Assembly (NCBI GenBank): GCA_038132575.1 | Contig: JAYPRP010000001.1 | Location: 78,747 to 142,746 of the forward strand | Length of the DNA stretch: 64,000 nt | Direction of reading: 5' to 3' | Source of the DNA: Rhodospirillaceae bacterium | Lineage (GTDB): Bacteria > Pseudomonadota > Alphaproteobacteria > UBA6615 | Shown here: positions 1 through 9,760 of the stretch, piece by piece | How the letters are laid out: each line of letters starts with the position of its first letter | Position numbering within the stretch: the first letter of the stretch is position 1 | Position numbers and translations under genes: made by a program | Notes under the pieces: model-generated | What the model saw: only the letters and a program-made list of their open reading frames with translations | Told to the model about the DNA's origin: nothing | The model's database searches: none

Positions 1-2
1 TG

Positions 3-860
3 ATCGCGCTGGTCGAGCCCCTGTCAGAGTTCCTGTCGAGCCTGCGCGATGTGCTGTCCTCCACAATGTTGGAGTGGATCATCAAGGCGCTGAAGATCCT
101 GTTCGCCGTGATCGGGGCCGCCGCAATTCTCGAGCTGTGGGGGGTGCAGATCGGCCCGCTGGTCGCCGGTCTCGGCCTGTTCGGGCTGGCCGGTGCACTC
201 GCCGCCCAGGACCTGTTCAAGAACCTTCTGTCCGGTGTCCTGATCCTCGGCGAGAAACGCTTCCATCCCGGCGACTGGATCAAGGCGGACGGCCTCGTCG
301 AGGGGACGGTCGAGTCCGTCGGTTTTCGCTCGACCATGGTCCGGCAGTTCGACAAGGCCGTCGTCCAGGTGCCCAACGCCAAGCTTGCCGACACCGCCGT
401 GATCAACTTCTCGGAAATGACCCACAGGCGCATCTACTGGAAGATCGGTGTTCTTTACAACACCACCGCCGCGCAGCTGCGTGAGATACGCGACGGGATC
501 GAGACCTATATCCATGGCGGCGATGCTTTCGCAGACCCCAAGGATGTCGCGACCTTCGTGCGCATCGACCGCTTCAACGACAGCTCGATCGACATCATGA
601 TCTACTGCTTCACGAAGACCACGAACTGGGGTGAGTGGCTGGCCGTGAAGGAGGCGCTCGCCTACCGGATCAAGGAGATTGTCGAGGGGGCGGGTACCGG
701 CTTCGCGTTTCCGAGCCGCTCGCTCTATGTCGAGGCGCTGCCCGGCGACGCGCCGGAGGCGTTCACGCCGCCGGCCGGTTCGCAGTCGCCCGCAACGTCG
801 TCCCCCGCGGCCGCGGCATCGCCGGATGTTGGAAACGTCTCCGGTGACGGCGCGGGCTAG
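3..860 (+). CDS. Mechanosensitive ion channel, MscS family (N-terminus cut by window edge)
   Basis: ORF 51..860 stays open in frame back to base 3. Pore-helix and beta-domain pattern GLGLFGLAGALAAQDLFKNLLSGVLILGEKRF..GDWI. Stop TAG 858-860. Confidence 0.85.
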   Translation: MALVEPLSEFLSSLRDVLSSTMLEWIIKALKILFAVIGAAAILELWGVQIGPLVAGLGLFGLAGALAAQDLFKNLLSGVLILGEKRFHPGDWIKADGLVEGTVESVGFRSTMVRQFDKAVVQVPNAKLADTAVINFSEMTHRRIYWKIGVLYNTTAAQLREIRDGIETYIHGGDAFADPKDVATFVRIDRFNDSSIDIMIYCFTKTTNWGEWLAVKEALAYRIKEIVEGAGTGFAFPSRSLYVEALPGDAPEAFTPPAGSQSPATSSPAAAASPDVGNVSGDGAG

Positions 861-869
861 GTCCGTCGG

Positions 870-1481
870 TCAACTTTCGCGCGCGGCGGCACGTTCCGCC
901 GCCTCGTCCTCGAGCGTTTCGATGTCCGGCGCGTCCACCACTCGGCTTGCCATCCGGTAGCCGAACCCGGCCCGCGCCATCGCCGCCAGGTCCCGGTCGC
1001 GTCGCGCGGCACGGTCGTCCCGTCGCCACGGGCCGAGCCGCCTGCGCTGCGCATGGCGGCACGCGGCGGTAAACTCTGCGTCGGGGTCGGCGGTGTCCAG
1101 TGCGTCGAGCGCGGCGGCGATGTCGACAGGTCCTACACCCTTGGTCTTGAGGGACATCTCGATCTTGCGCCGCGATGTTCCGCCGCGATGCAGGCTCAGC
1201 GCACGGTTCTCGGCATAGAGCGTGTCGTTGACGAGGTTCCTGGCAACGAACTCGGCAACAATTGCGTCCGCCCAGGCCGCGGCCTCTTCGAGATCGGTGC
1301 CGTGCAGGCGCACTGAGCGACGCACCCGGCGCATCAGCACTTCGCGCAGGTTGGCTGCCGAGGTCGCGTAGCGGTCGATATAGGACAGCGCGGCCTTGCG
1401 CAGCCGTTCCTCGGTCGCGGGCCGTGGCTTGCGGCGCGTGCGCTTGGGTGCGTTCTCGCGAGATGGTTCCTCGTTGCTCAT
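870..1481 (-). CDS. recX: RecA regulator RecX
   Basis: ORF 870..1535. ATG at 1481 (MSNEEPS). Pattern EERLRKAALSYIDRYATSAANLREVL is typical of RecX repeats. Stop TGA. Confidence 0.8.
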   Translation of the reverse strand: MSNEEPSRENAPKRTRRKPRPATEERLRKAALSYIDRYATSAANLREVLMRRVRRSVRLHGTDLEEAAAWADAIVAEFVARNLVNDTLYAENRALSLHRGGTSRRKIEMSLKTKGVGPVDIAAALDALDTADPDAEFTAACRHAQRRRLGPWRRDDRAARRDRDLAAMARAGFGYRMASRVVDAPDIETLEDEAAERAAARES

Positions 1482-1516
1482 TGCCCGGCGCGCGGACGGG
1501 GCATAAGTTCGCGCCC

Positions 1517-2338
1517 ATGGAAACGACGGAACCAAGCGGGCACGCTGGCGCGCCGAGGGTGCGCGAGTTTGGCCATGTGAATTGGCGGGGTGTATGGACG
1601 CTCTATCACCGGGAGGTCAAACGCTTCCTGAAGGTATTCACCCAGACCATAGCAGCTCCCGTCGTCACCACGCTTCTGTTCTACACGATCTTCTCCGTCG
1701 CACTCGAGAACCGGGTTGGCAGCGTCGGGACGGTGTCGTTTGTCGTGTTCCTGGCGCCCGGCCTGATCATGATGACGATTCTCCAGAACTCCTTCGCAAA
1801 CACCTCGTCCTCGATCATGGTGTCGAAGGTGCAGGGCAACATCGTCGACGTTCTGATGCCGCCCATCAGCCCGCTCGAGATGATGTGCGCTTATATCGCC
1901 GGCGGCGTGACCCGGGGCATGATTGTCGCCGCCGCGGCGACCACGGTGATGCTGTTTCTCGTCGATCTGCCCTTCGCCAATCCGCTCGCTATCGTCTTCT
2001 TCGCCGTCTCGGCATCGGTCATGCTGGCGCTGCTCGGCATGATCGGTGGCATCTGGGCCGAGAAGTTCGACCATATGGCTGCCATCACCAACTTCGTCAT
2101 CGTGCCCCTGTCCTTCCTCTCGGGCACCTTCTACTCGATCGAGCGGCTGCCCGAGACGTGGCAGCACGTCGCCCAGTTTAACCCGTTCTTCTATGCGATC
2201 GATGGGTTTCGCTGCGGTTTCATCGGCCAGGGCGATGCGAAATTCTGGCTCGGTGCTGCGGTGATGCTGGGGGTGGACATACTCTTGTTTTTGATCGTCC
2301 ATCGGATGCTCGCCACCGGCTACAAGCTCAAGTCCTGA
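1517..2338 (+). CDS. ABC-2 type transporter permease
   Basis: Tail of ORF 1262..2338 from ATG 1517 (alternative GTG 1576). N-terminal WTLYHREVKRFLKVFTQT motif followed by multiple hydrophobic helices. Confidence 0.8.
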   Translation: METTEPSGHAGAPRVREFGHVNWRGVWTLYHREVKRFLKVFTQTIAAPVVTTLLFYTIFSVALENRVGSVGTVSFVVFLAPGLIMMTILQNSFANTSSSIMVSKVQGNIVDVLMPPISPLEMMCAYIAGGVTRGMIVAAAATTVMLFLVDLPFANPLAIVFFAVSASVMLALLGMIGGIWAEKFDHMAAITNFVIVPLSFLSGTFYSIERLPETWQHVAQFNPFFYAIDGFRCGFIGQGDAKFWLGAAVMLGVDILLFLIVHRMLATGYKLKS

Positions 2339-2342
2339 TCGG

Positions 2343-3167
2343 ATGTCGCGGTCGACCGACAGCCTCGTCCTCGGCGGTCGCCCGGTGGTGCGGCGCTTTG
2401 GCGCCATCAACCTGCGCGGTCTGGCCCAGATGTACACGCGCGAGATGGTGCGTGGATTCAAGATCTGGGGGATCACTCTCGCCGCGCCAACGGTTCGGGC
2501 ATTGCTCTTCGCGAGCGTGTTCGGACTCGCCATCGATCAGCCCGATGTCACGATGGGCGGGCGCGTCTTCATGGAGTTTCTGCTGCCCGGTCTTGTCGCG
2601 GTGGCGGCGCTGGAAAGAGCATTTCAGTCGAGCGCCTTCTCGATCGTCTATGACAAGACCGAGGGGATATTCACGGACCTGGCGATGCTGCCGCTCACGC
2701 CCGGCGAGATTGTCCTCGGCTATGCCGCCGCGTCGGTCTCGGCGGCCCTGATCGTCGGTGCGGTCGTGTGGGCGGCTCTACTACCGGTCGGCGGCGCACT
2801 GCCGCAGGCGCCGCTGGCGCTCGTCTTCTTCGTGACCGCCGGCGCGCTGATGGTGGGGCTCTTCAGCCAGATCACCGGCCTGTGGGCGCGCAAGTGGGAC
2901 TACCTGGAGTCGGTCCAGACGTTCATTTTTCTGCCGTTCGTGTTTCTGTCGGGCGTGTTCTTCTCGATCGACGAGCTGTCGGCAGCGGCGCAACCGTTCG
3001 CGCGCGCGAACCCCGTCTTCTACATCGTTGACGGCATCCGATTTTCGATCACCGGGCGGGCCGATGCCGATCCGTGGACCGGCGCGACGGTCTGCCTCGG
3101 CGTCATCGCCGTCCTGTGGGTGGTCGTTTATCGCCTGTTTGCGGCGGGTTACCGGATGAAGAGCTAG
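2343..3167 (+). CDS. ABC-2 type transporter permease (paralogue of the preceding gene)
   Basis: ORF 2343..3167, 4 nt after the previous stop. Same architecture (MYTREMVRGFKIWGITL then TM helices). Confidence 0.8.
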   Translation: MSRSTDSLVLGGRPVVRRFGAINLRGLAQMYTREMVRGFKIWGITLAAPTVRALLFASVFGLAIDQPDVTMGGRVFMEFLLPGLVAVAALERAFQSSAFSIVYDKTEGIFTDLAMLPLTPGEIVLGYAAASVSAALIVGAVVWAALLPVGGALPQAPLALVFFVTAGALMVGLFSQITGLWARKWDYLESVQTFIFLPFVFLSGVFFSIDELSAAAQPFARANPVFYIVDGIRFSITGRADADPWTGATVCLGVIAVLWVVVYRLFAAGYRMKS

Positions 3168-3272
3168 CCCGCCTGCGGCGTTGACTTCCGGATCGCCTTT
3201 TTCGATAGTCACCGCCTTTTTCGCGGGCATGATCGGATGCGCCGCGGCACGGCCTATTGGGAGTGTGGAATC

Positions 3273-4460
3273 ATGAATGCGGTGATGCCGAATTACGGTT
3301 ATCCGACCGTCTCGTTCGAGCGGGGCGAGGGTGCCTATCTGTTCGATACGGACGGTCGCCGCTATCTCGATTTTGCGGCCGGAATCGCGGTGAACTCCCT
3401 AGGTCACAGTCACCCGGCGCTTGTGGCAGCCCTGAAGGAACAGGCCGAGCGGCTCTGGCACGTGTCCAACCTCTACGCGATTCCGGAGCAGGTCCGGATG
3501 GCTGAACGGCTGTGTGAACTGTCCTTCGCCGAGGGCGTCTTCTTCTGCAACTCGGGCACCGAGGCGATGGAGGGTGCGGTCAAGGCCGCCCGGCGGTTCC
3601 ACGCCCAGAACGGACATCCCGAAAAGTGGCGCTCGATCACGCTCGAGGGTTCCTTCCATGGCCGTACCATTGCCATGCTGTCGGCTTCGAAGAATCCCAA
3701 GCATCTGGACGGGTTCGGCGATCCGGCTGACGGGTTCGACATCGTGCCCGTCCACAACATGAACGCGCTCCGCGACGCTATCACGCCCGAAACGGCGGTG
3801 ATCGTTGCGGAACCGATCCAGGGCGAAGGCGGACTGCGGCCGCTGGAAGAGGATTACTTGCGCGACCTGCGTGCCACGGCCGACGAGTTCGGCCTGCTGC
3901 TCGTCTTCGACGAGGTGCAAACCGGTTTCGGGCGGACCGGAAAGCTGTTCGCCCATCAGTGGTCGGGCGTCACGCCGGATGTGATGGCATGCGCGAAGGG
4001 GATCGCCGGAGGTTTTCCCTGCGGTGCGGTGCTGGCGACGGACGTCGTGGCATCGTCCATGACGGCGGGGTCCCACGGCAGCACCTTCGGCGGCAATCCG
4101 CTGGCGATGGCCGTTGCGAATGCAAATCTCGACGTCCTGACCGCCGATAGTTTTCTCGACACGGTCGTGAAATCCGGCGAGGCGCTGCAGGCGGGTCTGC
4201 GCGAGGTCGCGGGCCGGCATCCGGACATCATCAAGGAAATTCGGGGCAAGGGCCTCATGATCGGAATGGTCGTGGCCGAGCCGCACACCAATGCGCAGCT
4301 GGGCGAGGCCGCCCGGGATGCAGATCTTCTCACCGTGGTCGCGGGCGAGAACGTACTGCGGATGCTGCCGCCATTGATCATTGGCGAGGCGGAGATCGCA
4401 GAAGCGGTTGCCGGAATGGAACAGGCCTGCCAGACCCTTGCCAATGCAGCCGATGGCTGA
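3273..4460 (+). CDS. argD: Acetylornithine aminotransferase (class III PLP aminotransferase)
   Basis: ORF 3237..4460. GGGAG Shine-Dalgarno (SD) before ATG 3273. MPNYGYPTVSFERGEGAYLFD start and FCNSGTEA, DEVQTGFGRTG, CAKG motifs. Confidence 0.9.
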   Translation: MNAVMPNYGYPTVSFERGEGAYLFDTDGRRYLDFAAGIAVNSLGHSHPALVAALKEQAERLWHVSNLYAIPEQVRMAERLCELSFAEGVFFCNSGTEAMEGAVKAARRFHAQNGHPEKWRSITLEGSFHGRTIAMLSASKNPKHLDGFGDPADGFDIVPVHNMNALRDAITPETAVIVAEPIQGEGGLRPLEEDYLRDLRATADEFGLLLVFDEVQTGFGRTGKLFAHQWSGVTPDVMACAKGIAGGFPCGAVLATDVVASSMTAGSHGSTFGGNPLAMAVANANLDVLTADSFLDTVVKSGEALQAGLREVAGRHPDIIKEIRGKGLMIGMVVAEPHTNAQLGEAARDADLLTVVAGENVLRMLPPLIIGEAEIAEAVAGMEQACQTLANAADG

Positions 4461-5373
4461 GCAGCATAACTTCCTTGATCTCGATCGGATCGACGCCGCG
4501 ACCCTGCGCAGCATCATTGACGTCAGCGCGCGGATGAAGGCCGGCGGTGCGCGGCCGCAGCTGCTTGCGGACCATACCCTCGCGATGGTGTTCGAGAAGC
4601 CGAGTACGCGCACCCGGGTGTCCTTCGACGTTGCGATGCAGACCCTGGGTGGCAGGGTCGTCAGCCTTGAGCCGGACGGCTCGCAGCTGGGCCGGGGCGA
4701 GACCATCGCGGACACCGCGCGCATCCTGTCGGAGTATGTCGACGTCATCATGTTTCGGACCTCGTCGGTCGCGAATTTGGAAGAGATGGTCGATGCCGCC
4801 TCGGTTCCGGTAATCAACGGACTGACCGACCGGTCGCATCCCTGCCAGATCATGGCCGACATCATGACCTTCGAGGAAGAGGTGGGGCCGATCGCGGGCC
4901 GGGTCGTGGCCTGGAGCGGCGATAGCAACAATGTCGCAAATTCCTGGATTCATGCCGCGGTCCAGTTCGGGTTCGAGTTCCGAGTTGCGGCGCCGGCGGA
5001 ACTGCGTCCACCGCAGGATATCCTCGACTGGGCGGCGGCGAACGGCGGCAAAATCTCTGTCGGGGACGATCCTGTCGCGGCGGTGACGGGCGCTGATTGC
5101 GTCGTGACCGACACCTGGGTGTCTATGGGTGACAAGCAAGCAGACCGGCGCCGCGCGCTGTTGACGCCCTATCGCGTCGACGCGGCCCTGATGGCGCATG
5201 CCGCCGACGATGCAGTCTTCATGCACTGCCTGCCGGTCTATCGTGGCGACGAGGCGACGGCCGAGGTCGTGGACGGTCCCCAGTCCGTCGTCTGGACGGA
5301 GGCCGGAAACCGCTTGCACGCCCAGAAGGGGATTCTCCTCTGGTGCCTGCGCGGGAGTGCAGCTTTTGCCTGA
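4453..5373 (+). CDS. argF: Ornithine carbamoyltransferase
   Basis: ORF 4381..5373. ATG 4453 (or 4444) overlaps the argD stop. Motifs STRTR, HPCQ and HCLP. Confidence 0.9.
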   Translation: MAEQHNFLDLDRIDAATLRSIIDVSARMKAGGARPQLLADHTLAMVFEKPSTRTRVSFDVAMQTLGGRVVSLEPDGSQLGRGETIADTARILSEYVDVIMFRTSSVANLEEMVDAASVPVINGLTDRSHPCQIMADIMTFEEEVGPIAGRVVAWSGDSNNVANSWIHAAVQFGFEFRVAAPAELRPPQDILDWAAANGGKISVGDDPVAAVTGADCVVTDTWVSMGDKQADRRRALLTPYRVDAALMAHAADDAVFMHCLPVYRGDEATAEVVDGPQSVVWTEAGNRLHAQKGILLWCLRGSAAFA

Positions 5374-6325
5374 TGCCGGTGCGGGGCCGGAACGCGGCGG
5401 TGCGCGCCGGCCGGTTGACGACCTGATCCAGCCGTTTCAGCTCGAGTCCGCGAAAGACGGCGAGGCTCGCTTGAGTGGACGGCTCGCGCGGCTGGGCGAG
5501 GCGGTGGACGATGTCCTGCGCCGGCACGACTATCCCGAGCCCGTCGCGCACCTGCTTGGAGAAGCCATCGCCCTGAGTGCGACCCTGGCGGGTGCGCTCA
5601 AGTTTGATGGCATTTTCACCCTCCAGATCCAGGGCGACGGTCCGGTGTCCCTGCTGCTCGCGGATGTGCAGACCAAGGACGATGCAGAGCGTTACCTGGT
5701 GCGCGGTTATGCGAAATATGACACGGATGCGCTGGAACAGAATGATGCGGAGACGGGCTTGCTTGGCTCGGGATATTTTGCATTGACCGTCGATCAGGGT
5801 CCGCACACGGACCGGTACCAGGGTATGGTCGAGATCACCGGCAGCACGCTCGCGGAATGCGCGCAACATTACTTCCGCCAATCCCAGCAGATGGACGCGG
5901 CGATCAGCCTGTCCGCGGGACGCACGGGACCGGGCGGGACGTGGCGTGCCGGCGGGATCATGGTGCAGCGGATCGCGGACGATCCCAATGTGCAGCTCCC
6001 TTCGGACGACGGCGACGATACCTGGCGGCGCGTCATGATGCTGATGGCAACCGGCACCGAGGACGAGCTGCTCGATCCCGCCCTGAGCGCCCAGCGATAT
6101 CTGTTCCGCCTGTTCCACGAGGTGGGTGTGCGCGTCACCGATCCACGGCCGGTGATGCGCGGCTGCCGATGTTCGGCCGACCGGGTGTTCAATGTGCTTG
6201 TTCAGCTGCCGCGCGAGGATCTGGATGACCTCGTCGTCGACGGGATGCTCGAGGTGACATGCGAGTTCTGCAACGAGACCTATCGGTTCACGCCGGAGGC
6301 GGTCGATGCGCGAGACGAGGCGTGA
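5357..6325 (+). CDS. hslO: Redox-regulated chaperone Hsp33
   Basis: ORF 5198..6325. C-terminal zinc centre CRCS...CEFC. No ATG downstream of argF, so the start is probably GTG 5357 or TTG 5366. Start uncertain. Confidence 0.8.
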   Translation: MQLLPDAGAGPERGGARRPVDDLIQPFQLESAKDGEARLSGRLARLGEAVDDVLRRHDYPEPVAHLLGEAIALSATLAGALKFDGIFTLQIQGDGPVSLLLADVQTKDDAERYLVRGYAKYDTDALEQNDAETGLLGSGYFALTVDQGPHTDRYQGMVEITGSTLAECAQHYFRQSQQMDAAISLSAGRTGPGGTWRAGGIMVQRIADDPNVQLPSDDGDDTWRRVMMLMATGTEDELLDPALSAQRYLFRLFHEVGVRVTDPRPVMRGCRCSADRVFNVLVQLPREDLDDLVVDGMLEVTCEFCNETYRFTPEAVDARDEA

Positions 6326-6406
6326 AGCTGTCATGAATTCGCCCGAATCGGTGGCTATCTGATCAGGTCAGTCGCAACGGATTCGGAACCTTCCCGGGGG
6401 GATTTC

Positions 6407-6997
6407 ATGCATCGATTCAATCGCCGCGCCGCACTTGCGGGAATGTCGGGGCTGGTCCTTGTCGCCTGCACCGCGCCGTCGCCGGCGCCCGAGTATCCTG
6501 AGATCACGTTCACTCATCTGTCCCCGATCCGTCTCGATGCCGCGACGCTCGAGATCGTTGACGCTTTCAAGCCGAGCCTTTCGGCGCCCAATGTCGAGCA
6601 TCTGATGCCGGTTTCGCCCGCTGCCGCGGCCCGGCGCTGGGCTGCGGACCGTCTGGTGCCGGTGGGGAACGGGGGGCGCATCGTTTTCACGATCTTGGAC
6701 GCCGGGGTGATCGAGACGCCGCTGGAACGCACGACCGGTGTGCGCGGTGTGGTGACGAAGGACCGGTCCGAACGTTATGACGCGGTGCTGAAGGTGAGGA
6801 TCACCGTCGAGGGCGGCGGCGGTCGTCGAAGTGGAGAAGTCAGCGCGGATGCAATGCGCAGCCGCACCGTCCTCGAGGGCCTGTCGTTGAACGAGCGTGA
6901 GAAAATCTGGTTTCAGATGACCGAGGAACTCGTCACGGATATCAACGGCGAGCTCGACTCCGCGATTCGCGACTTTCTGAAGCCGTTCCTCCTTTAA
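6407..6997 (+). CDS. Putative lipoprotein of unknown function
   Basis: ORF 6407..6997. N-terminus MHRFNRRAALAGMSGLVLVAC has an RR-type signal and a lipobox Cys. No recognisable catalytic motif. Confidence 0.6.
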   Translation: MHRFNRRAALAGMSGLVLVACTAPSPAPEYPEITFTHLSPIRLDAATLEIVDAFKPSLSAPNVEHLMPVSPAAAARRWAADRLVPVGNGGRIVFTILDAGVIETPLERTTGVRGVVTKDRSERYDAVLKVRITVEGGGGRRSGEVSADAMRSRTVLEGLSLNEREKIWFQMTEELVTDINGELDSAIRDFLKPFLL

Positions 6998-7012
6998 CGC
7001 TTTGCCGCGCGT

Positions 7013-8203
7013 CTAGGGGACCGGCGCCCCCGACGCACACCAGTCGATCAACCGGTCGAGAAACGCCGCACATGCGGCCATCTCGCTGTCGGCGATCCAT
7101 TCGTCGGGCTGATGCGCCTGGGCGATATCCCCCGGTCCGCACAGCACGGCCGGAATGCCGTGCAGCTGGAACTGGCTGGCCTCCGCGACATAGGCGACGG
7201 TCTGCGTGGTGTTCGCGCCGGTGAGGTGGCGTACCAGGCGTTCAGCGGCGGAGTCCGGATCCGCCTGCAACGCCGGGACCGCGGGAAGCGGCGTCAGCAC
7301 GACATCGGCATCGGCATGGGCCGCCTTCATCCGGGGTCGAAGTTCCGTGTCCAGATAGGCGCGCACCCGGTCCTCGATTCCGTCGGCGTCCGTATCCGGC
7401 AATGGACGGAACTCCCATGCGACGGCGCAGTGCTCCGGAATGATGTTGAGGGCCTCGCCACCCTCGATCTGGCCGATGTTGAAGGTCGTCCAGGGGGGCT
7501 CGAAGCCGCTCTCCTCGTCCGGTTCGGCGGCGATATCGGCCGCCAGCGATGTGAGGAAGGCAATGAACTCACCGGCGAACCCGATGGCGTTCGCGCCGAG
7601 ATGCGGTGCGCTCGAATGGGCGGCGACACCGGTGAAGACCGCCTGGAAGCCGCGGATGCCCTTGTGCGCGTTGACGATCTGCATGCTGGTCGGTTCTCCG
7701 ACAATCGCTACCGCCGGCATCGGCACCGCAGCGCCCAGCTGGGCGATCATGCGACCGACACCCAGGCAACCGACTTCCTCGTCATACGAAAGCGCGATAT
7801 GCACGGGGGTCTTCAGATCCGCGGTGGCCATCGCCGGCACCTTGTCGAGGACGGCGGCGATGAAACCCTTCATGTCGGCCGCACCCCGGCCATACTGCCG
7901 GGCCTCGCCGTTGACGGTGCGGGCGGTGAGTTCAAACGGATCGCTCGTCCAGTCCTGGCCAGTGACAGGCACCACGTCGGTATGGCCGGACAGCACGATG
8001 CCGCCCGCGCGCATGGGCCCGATCGTGGCGAGCAGGTTGGACTTGGCGCCGTCATCGCTCTCGATGCGCCGGGACTCGATCCCGTGGCGCGCGAGAAAAT
8101 CCTCGACGAAGGCGATCAGGTCGAGGTTCGAGTGGTGGGAGGTCGTATCGAAGCCGACCAGCTGCGCCAGGATCTCGATTGCGCGGTCGGGGGCGGTGCC
8201 CAT
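7013..8203 (-). CDS. argE: M20 family peptidase, acetylornithine deacetylase-like
   Basis: ORF 7013..8293. ATG 8203 lies 2 nt after the trkH stop, with GGAGGA upstream. Motifs LSGHTDVVP, GRGAADMKG, SYDEEVG. Confidence 0.75.
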   Translation of the reverse strand: MGTAPDRAIEILAQLVGFDTTSHHSNLDLIAFVEDFLARHGIESRRIESDDGAKSNLLATIGPMRAGGIVLSGHTDVVPVTGQDWTSDPFELTARTVNGEARQYGRGAADMKGFIAAVLDKVPAMATADLKTPVHIALSYDEEVGCLGVGRMIAQLGAAVPMPAVAIVGEPTSMQIVNAHKGIRGFQAVFTGVAAHSSAPHLGANAIGFAGEFIAFLTSLAADIAAEPDEESGFEPPWTTFNIGQIEGGEALNIIPEHCAVAWEFRPLPDTDADGIEDRVRAYLDTELRPRMKAAHADADVVLTPLPAVPALQADPDSAAERLVRHLTGANTTQTVAYVAEASQFQLHGIPAVLCGPGDIAQAHQPDEWIADSEMAACAAFLDRLIDWCASGAPVP

Positions 8204-8205
8204 TC

Positions 8206-9654
8206 TCAGTTCCTCCAGAAGGCGGGCGTGAGGATGACCAGCACGGTGAACAGTTCGAGACGCCCCAGGAGCATGCCGGCCGAGAGCATCCACTTGGCCG
8301 CGTCAGGCAGGTCCGCGAAGGTGCCGGCCGGGCCGATGACCGGGCCGAGGCCGGGGCCGACGTTCGAGATCGCGGTCGCCGCGCCGGAGAGGCTGGTCAG
8401 GAAATCGAGCCCGAGCATGCTCAGGCCCAGCGCCAGGAGAACGAAGACCAGAATGTAGAAGAACACGAAGCCGAGGACCGACAGGGCGATTTCCTGGGTG
8501 ATCGGGTTGCGGTTGTAATGCGGGATGAACACGCCGTGGGGCTGCAGCAGGCGCTTCACCTGGATGGTCGCGATGGCATAGAGCACCTGGAAGCGGAATA
8601 TCTTGATCCCGCATGTCGTCGAGCCCGCGCAGCCGCCGATGAACATGATGATGAAGAAGATGATCAGCGCGAAGCTGCCCCAGTTGTCGAACGCGGCGGT
8701 GGCGTAGCCGGTTCCCGTCACGATCGAGGCGCCGTTGAAGGCGGCCGAGCGGATCGCCATCCCGAGCGGCATCTCCTGGGAGACGTAGAGGCTGGCACTG
8801 ATGATCGCCATGATGGCGAGAACGATCGCGAGGAACCAGCGCACCTGGGAGTCGCGCAGCAGGCCGCCTGGCCGGCCGCGTGCGGCCTGCAGGTAGAGTA
8901 CGAAGGGCAGGGAGCCGACGATCATGAAGACGATGGCGATGATGTCGACGGCCGCGTTGTCGAAGATGCCGATGCTGTTGTCCGAGGTCGAGAAGCCGCC
9001 CGTGGCGATCGTGGTCATCGCGTGGGCGATCGCGTCGAAGCCCGGCATTCCGGCGAGCCAGTAGCCCAACGCGCAGACGAGGGTGAGCGCCAGATAGATC
9101 GAGCCGATCGCGGTCGAGGTCTGGGCTGCGCGCGGCAATACCTTCTCCGACGTATCGGAGCTTTCGAGGCGGAAGATCTGCATGCCGCCGACCTGCAGCA
9201 TCGGCAGGACCGCGATGGCCATGACGATGATACCGATCCCGCCGAGCCACTGGAGCAGGGCGCGCCACAGGAGAATGCCCGGGGGCGCGGAATCGAGCCC
9301 GATGATGACGGTCGAGCCCGTCGTCGTGATTCCGGACATGGCCTCGAAGAAGGCATCGGCGAAACTCAGATTCAGCGCCGCGAAGGCAAAGGGCAGCGCT
9401 GCGAACACAGTCAACCCGAGCCAGCTGACCGTGGTCAGGACGAAGGCCTCGCGAATCCCGATCTTCATGTCGCCGCCGCGCATGGTCAGGATCAGGGAAA
9501 CGCCGATAAACAGCGTCAGCCCGGCCGAGGCGAGGAAGACCTGCCAGTCGGCATTGCCGCTCGCCGCATCGACCAGCGCCGGCAGGAACATGGCGATGGA
9601 CAATGTCGTGAGCAGGATGCCCAGGATGAAGAGGATGGGGCGGAAATCTAGCAA
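8206..9654 (-). CDS. trkH: Trk-type potassium uptake protein TrkH
   Basis: ORF 8206..9786. Polytopic membrane protein with repeated GTGY/TTTGS/GGFS selectivity-like loops. Likely TTG start at 9654 (LLDFRPILFILG), which gives a typical length. The upstream extension would overlap folE. Confidence 0.85.
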   Translation of the reverse strand: MLDFRPILFILGILLTTLSIAMFLPALVDAASGNADWQVFLASAGLTLFIGVSLILTMRGGDMKIGIREAFVLTTVSWLGLTVFAALPFAFAALNLSFADAFFEAMSGITTTGSTVIIGLDSAPPGILLWRALLQWLGGIGIIVMAIAVLPMLQVGGMQIFRLESSDTSEKVLPRAAQTSTAIGSIYLALTLVCALGYWLAGMPGFDAIAHAMTTIATGGFSTSDNSIGIFDNAAVDIIAIVFMIVGSLPFVLYLQAARGRPGGLLRDSQVRWFLAIVLAIMAIISASLYVSQEMPLGMAIRSAAFNGASIVTGTGYATAAFDNWGSFALIIFFIIMFIGGCAGSTTCGIKIFRFQVLYAIATIQVKRLLQPHGVFIPHYNRNPITQEIALSVLGFVFFYILVFVLLALGLSMLGLDFLTSLSGAATAISNVGPGLGPVIGPAGTFADLPDAAKWMLSAGMLLGRLELFTVLVILTPAFWRN

Positions 9655-9760
9655 ATGGATCTCTCGTGGCCCGGTTCGTGCCCGTGTGCAGGTTCCTCGA
9701 CGGGCGGCGTGCGGGGAATGATTGGCGAAAATCGGCGGGCTGTCCAGCGCCGGAGGCGGC

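Noticed and set aside
3165-3275. The TAG stop of the second ABC-2 permease is in the same frame as argD, with no intervening stop. This could suggest read-through fusion.
   Set aside because: Two genes share a frame by chance one time in three. A stop-free 70-nt gap is expected in GC-rich DNA. argD also has its own SD and a canonical N-terminus.
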